Origin: a virus
Taxonomy: Duplodnaviria > Caudoviricetes
Strand: one strand, 5' to 3'
DNA: 35,968 nucleotides
IMG/VR virus record: IMGVR_UViG_3300017766_003372
Location: 1-35,968 of that record
Positions 23,196 to 32,727 of this stretch are shown here, piece by piece. Made by a program: the position numbers and the translations under genes. The first letter of the stretch is position 1. Every line of letters starts with the position of its first letter. The notes under the pieces are model-generated. The model had not been told where the DNA came from and made no database searches. It was given only the letters and a program-made list of their open reading frames with translations.

Positions 23196-25307
23196 TCACT
23201 CCTGGACGATATTGCCAGCCAAAACAGCGTCGCGCGTTTCTTCGGCCACCTTCAAATGCCTTTCGGCAAGGTTGTTGCCAACCCCCATGCCACCAGCGGC
23301 AAACGCGGAGAATGAACCCATCACTTCCGATTTCGTCTTGGCTGCGTTGCCAGCGCCGCCCAACTGCGGGCCCTTCTCGGTCAGGATGTCCGCAAGGATT
23401 TCGGCTTGGGATCGCGGATCGAAGTTGGCCCCAGCGCCGGGCGGCAATGCGGGGCCCATCTCGCCAGCAATTGCACCAACTGCGGCAACTTCGGGACGCT
23501 TCAAAGATGCCAAGCGCCCCGCGGTAATCCTGTCCCTCTCTTCTTCAAGAATGGCAATGCGAGCCGCGGAGCCTTCGGAGCCCTCCACTCCTGCCAGCGA
23601 ATCAACGAACCCAGGCATAGCCGCGAGACGCGCGGCCTTTGAAGCCGCGTTTGCATCCATCTCCCGCTTTACCCGTCGATCGCGCCCGCCTTTGTGCAAG
23701 CTGCGAACTTCCGCCCACTTGATTTTCACTGCGGTGATTGCGTCATCAATGGAGTCCAGCATCGGACGCAAAACGTCGTTGACCGCTCCAGAAATCATTG
23801 CACCGACACCGCGAACCGCGATTACCAGACCATCCCAAAACTTCTCCCACTGAATAGCAATTCCCATCGTCAGGTTGGTGAATGTGTTTTGCAGAAACAC
23901 CGCCCACGGGCCAACCACCGACATGATTGCATCCTGGCCCTTGATCCATTCGACGGTCGTTTTCCCGATGTCCGTTTGCAACGCGACAAAGGCAACACCG
24001 ATCGCGGCAACCGCGGCAATGGCTGGGGTGGCAAACACTGCCCCAATCGTGGCGAGGGCACCAATCGCCGTGCCAACTGCCGACACGATTGCACCAAGCC
24101 CCGTCAGCGCCACGCCAAGCGCGATTGACCCCGCAGCAACAGCCGCGATCCTAACCACTGCTTCCCCGTTTTTTTGCGTCCATTCGGTCATCGTCTCGAT
24201 AGCAGACAACACCGATGGCAGCATCCTTTCCAGAGCGGGCGCGACCGCTTGGGAAACTTGGATTGCCAGACGTTCGAGCGCTGCGAGAACCTTGAGCCCG
24301 CTGCCAGAAAGCCCGCTCATCAACTGGTTGAACTTTTCGCCCACTGGTACGGCTTCGTCCATGGCTTTTCGCATATCGCGGAATCCTGCCACCCCGGATT
24401 TCTGGAGGATGGCAGCGGCGCGGATGGCATCGGCACCGAAGACGCGGCGCAGAACGTCATCCTTTGCGACTTGCCCCAGGTTGCCCATCGATCTGTTGAG
24501 CGTGTCGATGATGTCCACAAGGGGTTTCATTTGCCCTTGGGAATCGCGGAAGGAATCAACCGTCAAACCAATTTCCTTCATGGCTCCGACCGCGTCATCA
24601 GCGGGAGCCATCAACCGCATCAGCATCGTTTTCAGCGACGTTCCCGCGTCCGATCCCTTCACCCCGTTATTGGCGAGGACCGCAAGCGCCGCGGAAACGT
24701 CTTCGATCTTTTGATTTGCAAGCCCCGCAACGGCGGAAGTCATTGAGAACGCTTGAGCAATTCCCTCAATCGATGTGCTGGACGCATCCGCCGCGGAGGA
24801 GATCGCATTGGCGGCAAGGTTTGCGTCTACCTTGAAAACGTTCATCGCATCGGACATGACCACCGCAGCGGCGGCAACTTCCATCTGCCCAACCTTGGCA
24901 AACTCAATCGCAGCTTTGCCCGCGCCGCCGAGAACCTTTTCAAGCGGCATACCCGCTTTGAGCAACTCGAGGAAACTTTCCGCAACGGCAGCGGGGCCCA
25001 TGCCCATAGACTTGGACATTTCCATTGAAGCCTTCGTGACTTCGGCAATGTCCTTGCTCGTTGCTCCCGTGCTGGCCTGGATGTTGAGCAACACATCTTG
25101 AAACTTCGCGCCGCTGCGAACGCTGGCAGCGAAGGGGGCGACCGCAGCCGCGCCCATCATTCCAATCTTCTTGCCAGCGGTGGAGAGGTTCTTCCCAACC
25201 GCTTGCATCTTTTGCTCAACCGCTTTGAGAGTGCGGTAAAGCTGTTTCGGATCGGCTCCGATCTCCACGAAGGATCGACCAAGCCGAATTGCGCCTGCCA
25301 TGCTCAC
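23196..25307 (-). CDS. Tail tape measure protein (TP901 family)
   Basis: Ala-rich helical; LANNGVKGSDAGTSLKTMLMRL, VFGADAIRAA. Confidence 0.95.
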   Translation of the reverse strand: MSMAGAIRLGRSFVEIGADPKQLYRTLKAVEQKMQAVGKNLSTAGKKIGMMGAAAVAPFAASVRSGAKFQDVLLNIQASTGATSKDIAEVTKASMEMSKSMGMGPAAVAESFLELLKAGMPLEKVLGGAGKAAIEFAKVGQMEVAAAAVVMSDAMNVFKVDANLAANAISSAADASSTSIEGIAQAFSMTSAVAGLANQKIEDVSAALAVLANNGVKGSDAGTSLKTMLMRLMAPADDAVGAMKEIGLTVDSFRDSQGQMKPLVDIIDTLNRSMGNLGQVAKDDVLRRVFGADAIRAAAILQKSGVAGFRDMRKAMDEAVPVGEKFNQLMSGLSGSGLKVLAALERLAIQVSQAVAPALERMLPSVLSAIETMTEWTQKNGEAVVRIAAVAAGSIALGVALTGLGAIVSAVGTAIGALATIGAVFATPAIAAVAAIGVAFVALQTDIGKTTVEWIKGQDAIMSVVGPWAVFLQNTFTNLTMGIAIQWEKFWDGLVIAVRGVGAMISGAVNDVLRPMLDSIDDAITAVKIKWAEVRSLHKGGRDRRVKREMDANAASKAARLAAMPGFVDSLAGVEGSEGSAARIAILEEERDRITAGRLASLKRPEVAAVGAIAGEMGPALPPGAGANFDPRSQAEILADILTEKGPQLGGAGNAAKTKSEVMGSFSAFAAGGMGVGNNLAERHLKVAEETRDAVLAGNIVQE

Positions 25308-25675
25308 GGTAGTTTTCGCCCGAAAAGGCGCTCCATATCTTCGTGGCTGGGGGGCTTGGCTTTCGGCTTGAGCTTGGCCCCGCTGGGGTGCCGCTCAATC
25401 GGTTTGACGGGACGCGCGCCCTTTGATTTCAGCGCGTTGTCGATGCGGGCTAGGAGGGTTGCGGTATGCCACCAATCGGAATCGACTCTTCCATCGCGGG
25501 CGAAGAACAACTCTCGGAAAGTCCATTCCCCGGGATGGACTCCAACGATTCCTGCGGCTTCCCAGATTGCAGGCCAGAAAGATCGGAAATCGCTTTCGAG
25601 AGGATTTCCTTTTCGGCCCTTGCCAGTTCCGCCGCCACGAGTGCCAGGAGTTCGCGGCGGCGCGTCGGGAAAAAA
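25304..25675 (-). CDS. Tail assembly chaperone -1 frameshift extension (gpGT-like)
   Basis: The -1 frame is open from slippery T TTT TTC (25675-25669) to the stop overlapping the TMP start. Confidence 0.75.
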   Translation of the reverse strand, partial: FFPDAPPRTPGTRGGGTGKGRKGNPLESDFRSFWPAIWEAAGIVGVHPGEWTFRELFFARDGRVDSDWWHTATLLARIDNALKSKGARPVKPIERHPSGAKLKPKAKPPSHEDMERLFGRKLP

Positions 25676-26004
25676 GAGATGAGTTCCCCTTCAAAGGCAT
25701 CCCGGGCAATCTCAAAAGCATCCCCGCTGAACCCGTCTTGAAACTCTTCCGCGGTAAGTTTCTTCTCCTCAATCTGCCGCGAGAGGACAACGCGGAGAAC
25801 CTCGACCAACTTCGTGTAGTTGTTGCGGAACAGGGTAAGCGCTGCGTTCGCCGTGGGAACGTCGCCCAGGTCAAAGGGTCGCGTCTGCGTCTGCCCGCCC
25901 TCGATCTCCGCTTCGTAGGTCACGGCATCGCGGACGCGAAGGACCGAAGTCGTTGTAAGGGCAATCTGCCATTCGCGCCCGTAAGCATCGCGGAAACTTC
26001 TCAA
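25450..26004 (-). CDS. Tail assembly chaperone (gpG-like)
   Basis: Between tube-like genes and the TMP; ISFFP is encoded by the slippery site. Confidence 0.8.
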   Translation of the reverse strand: MRSFRDAYGREWQIALTTTSVLRVRDAVTYEAEIEGGQTQTRPFDLGDVPTANAALTLFRNNYTKLVEVLRVVLSRQIEEKKLTAEEFQDGFSGDAFEIARDAFEGELISFFPTRRRELLALVAAELARAEKEILSKAISDLSGLQSGKPQESLESIPGNGLSESCSSPAMEESIPIGGIPQPS

Positions 26005-26360
26005 CGCAAACCTCCCATGGATTGCTCAAGCGAAATCGAAAAGGCGCGGAGCCCGTCAAGCGGTTGCCCGTCGCCAACTCCGGTGACGATGAAGACGAGG
26101 CCAGAGGGCAGGCCCGTTGCCGTGACGGCAACCGTATCCCCGGAAACTGCCAAGTTCGCCGCGGTGACCGCGGCGGCATCGTCGATCGTGTCAATCGTCA
26201 GCGAGTAGGAATAGCCCGTCGAATAGGACGCGCTAGCCCTTGCTCCGTAGGCATCGACTCGCAGCGTGGACGCTTGAAGATCGACCGACACATCCCGCAC
26301 CCCGGGGACCGGGATGCCATCGAATGAGATCGAACAATCTTTGCCCAGAGAAATGCCCAC
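26001..26360 (-). CDS. Tail tube-like protein, paralog 3
   Basis: SLGKD...QPLDGLRAFSI. Confidence 0.6.
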   Translation of the reverse strand: MGISLGKDCSISFDGIPVPGVRDVSVDLQASTLRVDAYGARASASYSTGYSYSLTIDTIDDAAAVTAANLAVSGDTVAVTATGLPSGLVFIVTGVGDGQPLDGLRAFSISLEQSMGGLR

Positions 26361-26372
26361 GCGGCACCCCTC

Positions 26373-26687
26373 TTACTTTTGGCGAACGGTGATCGTGTAG
26401 GTAACGAGCCCGTCCAGAGGTTGGCTTTCCTCGACGCTGACCGCGGTGTATCCGCTGCCGCTAGCGCGGAGATCGGAGATGACCGCGTCCGCGTCATAGC
26501 AAGTGATCGTGGCTTCGTTCGTGACGAGCCCGCCCGTGACTTGGCGATAGCTGGCCCCGGTTGCCGCCACAACACCCCGATGGGTGCAATCGACAGGCTC
26601 GACCGATTCGCTCCAAGTCACATCGATGATGCCAGTGGCGCCCACCGATCCGGTTGGCGTTCCGGCTGCATAGCCAAGGCTGGGCAT
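26373..26687 (-). CDS. Tail tube-like protein, paralog 2
   Basis: SLG...QPLDGLVTYTI. Confidence 0.6.
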   Translation of the reverse strand: MPSLGYAAGTPTGSVGATGIIDVTWSESVEPVDCTHRGVVAATGASYRQVTGGLVTNEATITCYDADAVISDLRASGSGYTAVSVEESQPLDGLVTYTITVRQK

Positions 26688-26705
26688 TGCTGCTCCCTCT
26701 GTTGG

Positions 26706-27035
26706 TTACTGAACGCCGCGCGAAAGCTCAACGTCGTAGGTGATGATCCCGTCGAGGGGTTCGTTTTTCGTAACCTTCACAACGAGATACTTGGCGGATT
26801 CAACGAAGCCGCTCGCACAGGTGTAAGCGATCGTGACCGAATCCCCTCGCGCACACCCGGGGGCATCGATGCAATTGACCGTGATCGTTGATTCGATCCA
26901 GCCCTTTACGATCCGGCGATAGGTGTCGCCCTTCTTGGTTGTGTCGTAGGTCGCGGCGCTTTCCGAGTGCGTCAGATCGACGGCATTGGAAATGCCAGTT
27001 ACCGAAACGTCTTTGCCAAGCGTCATCGTTACCAT
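26706..27035 (-). CDS. Tail tube-like protein, paralog 1
   Basis: TLGKD...EPLDGIITYDV. Confidence 0.6.
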   Translation of the reverse strand: MVTMTLGKDVSVTGISNAVDLTHSESAATYDTTKKGDTYRRIVKGWIESTITVNCIDAPGCARGDSVTIAYTCASGFVESAKYLVVKVTKNEPLDGIITYDVELSRGVQ

Positions 27036-27101
27036 GGTTTTCTCCGGGGGCGGATACCCACGAAGGTAGGCCCAAAAGCCGAAAACCGAGAGGGGGTCTG
27101 G

Positions 27102-27803
27102 CTAGACGTTTTGGACGCTGATTGCCGATCCCGTCCGATGGAGCGCGTCTTGGAACTTCTTCATGATCTTCCCGCGAACCGCGAAATAGCCGATCTCCAT
27201 GAAGGCTTTCCCGCGGATTTCCCGCTTGATCGTCATGAGGGATTTGCTGAAATCCCCTTCCTTGAGGAACCCGTAAACGGTGCCCTTGGGGTCTTTCCCC
27301 TTGCGCATGTCGCGGAACTTCCGTTGCAGTTCTTGAGCGGGGGCAACGAACGAAAAGGTTGCCGTACCCCCGATGTCGTGAAGGTCCGCAAGCCATTGGG
27401 CCTTTGCCGCCCCAACGACAACGGATTTGGTTCGACCGTCCCAATCAGATTCGATAGAGCGATTGAGGAAGCCCTTTGGAAATTGCGATGTCTTCCACGA
27501 AGTCACTTTGTCAGGCTTCGGGACGCGGTAGACCGCGGCAACGAACTGGGTTTCCCCGCCGCCCATCTTCCGTTTGACGAACCGCCCTCGACCATCGCGG
27601 ATTGCATTGACTCTGCGTTCCGGTTTCCCGGGCTTCACAACGTAGAAGGTGGGTTTGGTCGCGGGGCTACGCTGCGACATTTGCCGCTGAATCGAACGGC
27701 GCGTATCCATGCCCGCCCACTTGAGCGTTTCGCGGGTGGCTTGGTCATAGCGCTTGAGAAGTTCGCTGGTATCCCAGTGAAACTTGGTCGTTGCCCGCGC
27801 CAT
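27102..27803 (-). CDS. Basic neck / tail-completion protein
   Basis: Position; LNRSI...VVVG...FME pattern of HK97 gp10-like proteins. Confidence 0.6.
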   Translation of the reverse strand: MARATTKFHWDTSELLKRYDQATRETLKWAGMDTRRSIQRQMSQRSPATKPTFYVVKPGKPERRVNAIRDGRGRFVKRKMGGGETQFVAAVYRVPKPDKVTSWKTSQFPKGFLNRSIESDWDGRTKSVVVGAAKAQWLADLHDIGGTATFSFVAPAQELQRKFRDMRKGKDPKGTVYGFLKEGDFSKSLMTIKREIRGKAFMEIGYFAVRGKIMKKFQDALHRTGSAISVQNV

Positions 27804-27806
27804 GCG

Positions 27807-28253
27807 TCACCCCTGGAAAGAAGGGTAGGAAACCGTGATTGCAGCGCGCCAAACGTTGCGATCGTTTAGCGCGTCGTCGGGGTTCACATCGCAATTGACC
27901 GTGAGCGGCGAGCCGATGCTGTTGGGGAACGTGACCGACTCATCCCATTGGTGGGCGAAGAGACGATCGACAAGGCTTTCCGCCATGTCCGAAATTGCGG
28001 TCAGTTCCAGGTCGGTATCGACCCGCTGGGCGAGGTAAACGTACACGGTGTAATTCTTCCGCAACCCGTTGGATCGATGAAGGCGCAAAGGCTCGAAGCC
28101 CCCCGGGGTAACGATGATCGCGGGAGCGTTCAAGTCCTCAACGTCTTTCTGAACCCAGTTCATCCGCTCGACCGTCGTGCCAGCAATCGGCCACGTTTCC
28201 GCGACCAGTGCATCCGCGACGGCATCCGCGAGGGTCTGTAGATTGGCGCTCAT
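27807..28253 (-). CDS. Tail terminator-like protein
   Basis: Position, size and acidic composition. Confidence 0.6.
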   Translation of the reverse strand: MSANLQTLADAVADALVAETWPIAGTTVERMNWVQKDVEDLNAPAIIVTPGGFEPLRLHRSNGLRKNYTVYVYLAQRVDTDLELTAISDMAESLVDRLFAHQWDESVTFPNSIGSPLTVNCDVNPDDALNDRNVWRAAITVSYPSFQG

Positions 28254-29311
28254 GCGATCCGCTCCGCGGTGCCTGCCTCAACCTGTTCCATCGCGGCAAC
28301 GTTGGCCGCAATTCGCTGGTCATCTGGCAATCGTGCCAGAGCTTCCCGGGCCAGCGCTAGGGCCTCTGGTACGTTTCCTAGGTTCCAAGCCGCAACGGAG
28401 GCCAGATCGTAACCCCGTCCGCGGGAGTCTGGATCGGTGGCATGGGTCGCGGGCCCGCTGGCATCGATAGCCTTGCGGGCAAAATCAAGGCAGGGTTCCC
28501 ATTCTTGGAGATGGTAGCAGCGAAGCGCGGATAGCTCCCAGCCGTCCGGTTCCTGCGGAGCTTCCTTGACCGCTGCCCGCAGATGGTTTTCGTCCTTCGT
28601 CAACCGCCAGAGTTGCCGCCGCGCGTAGGCCCGCTCCGAATAGTTGCCGCCCCTCATGGAGAGATAACGGGCAAACTCCGCGGCGGCGCGGGGGTCGCCC
28701 TGGTAGTCCATCTCGCGGGCCAGATACCAGCGCGCCCGCGCATCGTGCGGGGACTCTCTGACCGCGACTTCCAACAAGAATAGATCGGTCTTGTGGGTCT
28801 TCCCCTGGTCGCGGTGATGGACAATCTCCAGGCCCTCCGCAACCCGCATGACCTTTTCCCCGGTCCAGCACATCAACCCCTCATGGGTCGCCTGCGACCA
28901 GCGGAAGCCCGCGCGGGAATGGACCCGGTCGCAGTTGAAGACCACCCCCGGAGAACCATCGGGGCGGAAGCTCCAGACGTAGCGGTAGGTAAGGCAGTTG
29001 ACCGTGTCATCCCAGGCCCGCTCGATGGCTTCGCGCCAACCGGGTTGAAGTCGCTCGTCTAGATCAAGGCGAATGGCAACGTCGATGTTGCTTGGCAGAT
29101 GATGAAGGGAAAGATTGTGCGCGTCATCCCAGCGCCACGGGACTACGTTGCCATGCACAACCGTCACGCCGCTTTCCTCGAGCGCGGCTACCGTGCCATC
29201 TTCGGAGCCCGTATCGGTGACAACACGGCAGTCAGCATCGCGGCACGATTCCGCCCACGCTTTCGCGTGTTTCTCTTCGTTGCGCGAGAGCGCGTAGATT
29301 CCGATTCTCAT
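28250..29311 (-). CDS. GT2 glycosyltransferase with C-terminal TPRs
   Basis: RNEE, DTGSEDGT, DLDE (DxD), THE, followed by TPR helices (ARWYLARE). Confidence 0.9.
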   Translation of the reverse strand: MRIGIYALSRNEEKHAKAWAESCRDADCRVVTDTGSEDGTVAALEESGVTVVHGNVVPWRWDDAHNLSLHHLPSNIDVAIRLDLDERLQPGWREAIERAWDDTVNCLTYRYVWSFRPDGSPGVVFNCDRVHSRAGFRWSQATHEGLMCWTGEKVMRVAEGLEIVHHRDQGKTHKTDLFLLEVAVRESPHDARARWYLAREMDYQGDPRAAAEFARYLSMRGGNYSERAYARRQLWRLTKDENHLRAAVKEAPQEPDGWELSALRCYHLQEWEPCLDFARKAIDASGPATHATDPDSRGRGYDLASVAAWNLGNVPEALALAREALARLPDDQRIAANVAAMEQVEAGTAERIA

Positions 29312-29919
29312 GCGTCTACCTTTTCGATGATTCCCAGGCGGCGCAAGCCGTCCTCAACGAAACGGACTTGCCGCCCGTGGGCTTCGCAGAAACGAGTTAC
29401 GGCAAGCTCAACGGATGGGTTGTCGCAATCGTCCGCAAGGATTACGGGGCAATCCGCGACCAGTGCCAGATCGGAGAAGCAACCCGCGTCCGAATGGTCC
29501 CCGTCAACGTGGGCGAACTGCGCTCCATCCGGCAGACGATAGATCGAATGAGAATTGCAGACGATCAACCGGGCATCGATCATTCGCTTTTTCATCGTCG
29601 CGCGGAACCACGGAATCGTCTTGTGCGAATCGTCGTCCAAACCGCCGTCAATACAAATGGCAGAAAAGAGCGCTCCGATATGTTCCGCGCCCTTGGCGAA
29701 GGCCAGCATGGAATAGCCAGCGCGACTACCAATTTCAGTCATTGGGCAGATGTAACGACCGAAAGACTGCGCCGCCGCGCGGGCAATTGCCGCCTTCCAT
29801 GCGTAGTGCATGGCAACGCGGTCATCCAACTGGAACCAATCATCGGGCATCCAGGCCGCGGCAAGAACTGCGCGCACCTTGGCAATCAAGACTTCATCGG
29901 GCGGATTCAGTGCGATCAT
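29308..29919 (-). CDS. Class I SAM-dependent methyltransferase (Methyltransf_24-like)
   Basis: EIGSRAGYS, CID, AHVDGDHS, ILADD. Confidence 0.85.
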   Translation of the reverse strand: MIALNPPDEVLIAKVRAVLAAAWMPDDWFQLDDRVAMHYAWKAAIARAAAQSFGRYICPMTEIGSRAGYSMLAFAKGAEHIGALFSAICIDGGLDDDSHKTIPWFRATMKKRMIDARLIVCNSHSIYRLPDGAQFAHVDGDHSDAGCFSDLALVADCPVILADDCDNPSVELAVTRFCEAHGRQVRFVEDGLRRLGIIEKVDA

Positions 29920-31003
29920 TTGGCAACACCTCCAGTTTGCAAAACAGGGGCGCGGTTAGGTTCCAAGCGGCATCCGCGGAGATCGTCACCGCCCAGGCTT
30001 CCGCGTCCCGAACCCCGAAGGTCATTACGATTTGCTGGCCGCTCGCCGCGATGCCAGCGGCAAACTCAATTGCCCGCGGTTCCCGAAACGCGAACGGGCG
30101 CGAAACCCGTGCCAGTTGGAGGGTATTCGTAAACCAAACCAATCGATGCTCGTAGGCCCTCTGGTTGCCAACCCAGGCAACCTCATGGATGACCCCCAGC
30201 CAACCGCTCAAGAACGGGATCAATTGCGACCCGCCCCGAAAGCCGCGGGAAATCGGGTCTGCCTCCCAGTGACGAAGAAGGCAATATTCATCGGGATAGT
30301 CCTTCCGCTCTTGAACGGAAAGCGTGTAGCCGTTGACGTTGGCCGCATAGACCCAGCCCGCTTTCCCGATCAACGGCATCCAGTTTTTTTCGTGTTCCTG
30401 GGCCCCCGCCGATTCGATGACGCGGAGGGAATGGAAGCGGGCTTGACGTATGTCAAGTTCCGCCGTGGCGATCCGGCAGCGTCCATCAAACGGCGCAACG
30501 TCTCGCACCGTGGCCGATACGCCAACACCCTTCGCGGTTGGTCTTAGCCTGCAATCCTCAAGGCCCGTGACCGGGAACCCTGTTGCTTCGTAATCGGGCC
30601 CGTCAATGCGCCTCGAGGAAATGATCGAAAGATCGGGAGCGATTTCGCAGAGGATATTCGTCGTGCGAATCTTTCCCCCGTCTTCGTCAGGCATCACATA
30701 GCGACCATTCACGATTGCGTAGTTGGACGAGCGGACAATCGCAAGGAACCCGCCATCCCGCGCGAGGATCGTCGGATTGAACAGCGACCAACCTTCTTTC
30801 GCGGGGGGAACGTCCAGGCAAACGAAGGTTGCCGATGCCAGTTCGTCTAGGGTCGCAGCGTAGTTCGTGCGAGCGGAGCGAACGGCTTGTTCCGTTTCCT
30901 CATCGATGCCAAGCGATAGCAACCGCTCGCAGGCGCGGAGGCCCGCTTCATGCTCTCCGCATTTGTGCCCGTTGTTGGCGATTGATAGCAGGGAATCTAT
31001 CAC
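29894..31003 (-). CDS. Five-bladed beta-propeller glycoside hydrolase/phosphorylase-like (GH130/GH43-like) protein
   Basis: FNPTI, GLEDCRL, EKNWMP, RGGS, IEFAAG, FGVRD. Confidence 0.8.
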   Translation of the reverse strand: MIDSLLSIANNGHKCGEHEAGLRACERLLSLGIDEETEQAVRSARTNYAATLDELASATFVCLDVPPAKEGWSLFNPTILARDGGFLAIVRSSNYAIVNGRYVMPDEDGGKIRTTNILCEIAPDLSIISSRRIDGPDYEATGFPVTGLEDCRLRPTAKGVGVSATVRDVAPFDGRCRIATAELDIRQARFHSLRVIESAGAQEHEKNWMPLIGKAGWVYAANVNGYTLSVQERKDYPDEYCLLRHWEADPISRGFRGGSQLIPFLSGWLGVIHEVAWVGNQRAYEHRLVWFTNTLQLARVSRPFAFREPRAIEFAAGIAASGQQIVMTFGVRDAEAWAVTISADAAWNLTAPLFCKLEVLPNDRTESAR

Positions 31004-31086
31004 TGTGCCTCCGTGCGAAAGGTTCCTTCCGCATCATCGGATAGCGCGGGAGGTTGTCAATCGTTACTTCCCTGCTTGCCCCACGT

Positions 31087-31410
31087 TTATTCCCAGACCA
31101 TGGGAGCTTGCGGCAACAGCATTGCCACGGCTTCATCCCACGGGATCACCTCGACCGCCGCCCCTAGGACCGATTGATCCGCAGCGCACCACATGGCAGC
31201 CAAAAGCCCGCCGGGCCTCACCTCCGTGAGTACATCGGCGCAGAGCATCATCCTGCCATCGACCAACGTCGCAGGAATTGGGATGCAGTTGGTCGTCCCG
31301 TAGGCGGCATGGAGTTGGCCGAGCCTCGCGGCTAGGTCGGGAGCGAACACAAGCGCTAGACATCTGGCATCGGTGACCGAGATCGGCAGGAGGAGGTCAC
31401 GCAACAGCAT
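31087..31410 (-). CDS. Hypothetical protein (possible partner of the upstream gene)
   Basis: GGAGG RBS; coupled. Confidence 0.65.
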   Translation of the reverse strand: MLLRDLLLPISVTDARCLALVFAPDLAARLGQLHAAYGTTNCIPIPATLVDGRMMLCADVLTEVRPGGLLAAMWCAADQSVLGAAVEVIPWDEAVAMLLPQAPMVWE

Positions 31411-31414
31411 CGCG

Positions 31415-32335
31415 TCACCTCCCGAGAGCGTTGTTGAAATCTATCACGGCCGCAGTAAAAGCCGCCGATGTTGTGCCGTCCAGGCCAGTGCCAACTGAAT
31501 ACATCCGCACAGTCGCCCGTGATGTTGCAGTTGGCACGGTGCCGTCGCTCAAACGAAACACATGAATAGATCGAGTAATGCGTGTCAGGGGGCGATCTTG
31601 CGCCCTCCGCGCGATTGATTGACCTTCCCTAAATATGACGCACGATGTAGCGGATTGCCGAGTGCCGATAAAGTGCTTTTCGTCCGAGACAAGCAGTTTC
31701 GTAAACGGGAACTCTCCGCCTGTGAATGTACCGATGCGAGCCGACCTTCCACCGTTCGCGCCGTAGCCGCCTGTGTTCTCGTCAATACAGCAGAGATTCA
31801 CACCGCCTCCACCATACGACCCAATCACAATGAAGTCTGTCGTGGTACTGAGTCCTGTCGCGCTAACCGACAAGTGGACGCTAGTTCCGTTCGGCAGCGA
31901 GGTCGTAGCAAACCCTGTGTCTAAATACTTGACTACGTCCGGGCTTCCCTTCAATCCGCCGCCCGTACCACGCTCAACAAAGTCTGCCGAAACAAAGTTG
32001 ACATTAGTCTCAGTCGCGCTCCCGTAATTCGTGCCTCCAAACTTCGGTCCTCGATAGAGCGGTACCAGACAGGCAGCAAGATTACTCCCGCAAAACAGAT
32101 TGAGTCGATAAATAGCAGAGCGAAAATCGCCATCGTCGGCCGCTTTACAGAATCGTGACACAGCCGAAATTGTGTCGTCTGTTACTTGGCCTCCGTTTCT
32201 GCGCGCGCGGTTGGCCCAGTCCAAAGCCTCAACGTGCCACGTTTGATCGGGCATAGGAATCGGCGTCGGAGTGCCAAGCAAGCCTCGCGGCATCTGCGAA
32301 AACTGCGTGGGCAATACACGAATACCGGGATTCAT
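31415..32335 (-). CDS. Beta-sandwich / LamG-like virion adhesin candidate
   Basis: Ends MYSVGTGL...FNNALGR; beta-rich; lower GC. Confidence 0.55.
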   Translation of the reverse strand: MNPGIRVLPTQFSQMPRGLLGTPTPIPMPDQTWHVEALDWANRARRNGGQVTDDTISAVSRFCKAADDGDFRSAIYRLNLFCGSNLAACLVPLYRGPKFGGTNYGSATETNVNFVSADFVERGTGGGLKGSPDVVKYLDTGFATTSLPNGTSVHLSVSATGLSTTTDFIVIGSYGGGGVNLCCIDENTGGYGANGGRSARIGTFTGGEFPFTKLLVSDEKHFIGTRQSATSCVIFREGQSIARRAQDRPLTRITRSIHVFRLSDGTVPTATSRATVRMYSVGTGLDGTTSAAFTAAVIDFNNALGR

Positions 32336-32718
32336 CAGAGATCGGCACCAAATGCGATAACGTCAATGCTTTCAGCGTTGTGCGTGGAGACGACAATCGA
32401 CCACGACGCCGAAGGTAGAATGAGATTGCTGTAGTTCGTACTTACTCGCACGCCCTGAACCGTCGCGGAAACAGTTGCCGCAGCGATGGCATATTCATCG
32501 AGGAACCGATAGTTCGTGCCGTCGTACAGCCAGGCTCGGACTTGTCCGGCCGTCGTTGTCACGCGCGCTTTCACGACGATCTCGGTAACGCGAGTGCCGG
32601 TCGCCGCGCCGGTGATGAGCGTGGCAACAGCCCCCGATCCGTCGCGGTTCGCGTTTGCCGTGGCGACGTTCGTCGCGCTAATGCGGGGCGTGACGGCGAA
32701 TACAGGTTCAGCGGCCAT
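32335..32718 (-). CDS. Probable virion structural protein
   Basis: Thr/Ala beta-rich; GGAG RBS. Confidence 0.65.
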   Translation of the reverse strand: MAAEPVFAVTPRISATNVATANANRDGSGAVATLITGAATGTRVTEIVVKARVTTTAGQVRAWLYDGTNYRFLDEYAIAAATVSATVQGVRVSTNYSNLILPSASWSIVVSTHNAESIDVIAFGADL

Positions 32719-32727
32719 AGCGGGCTC

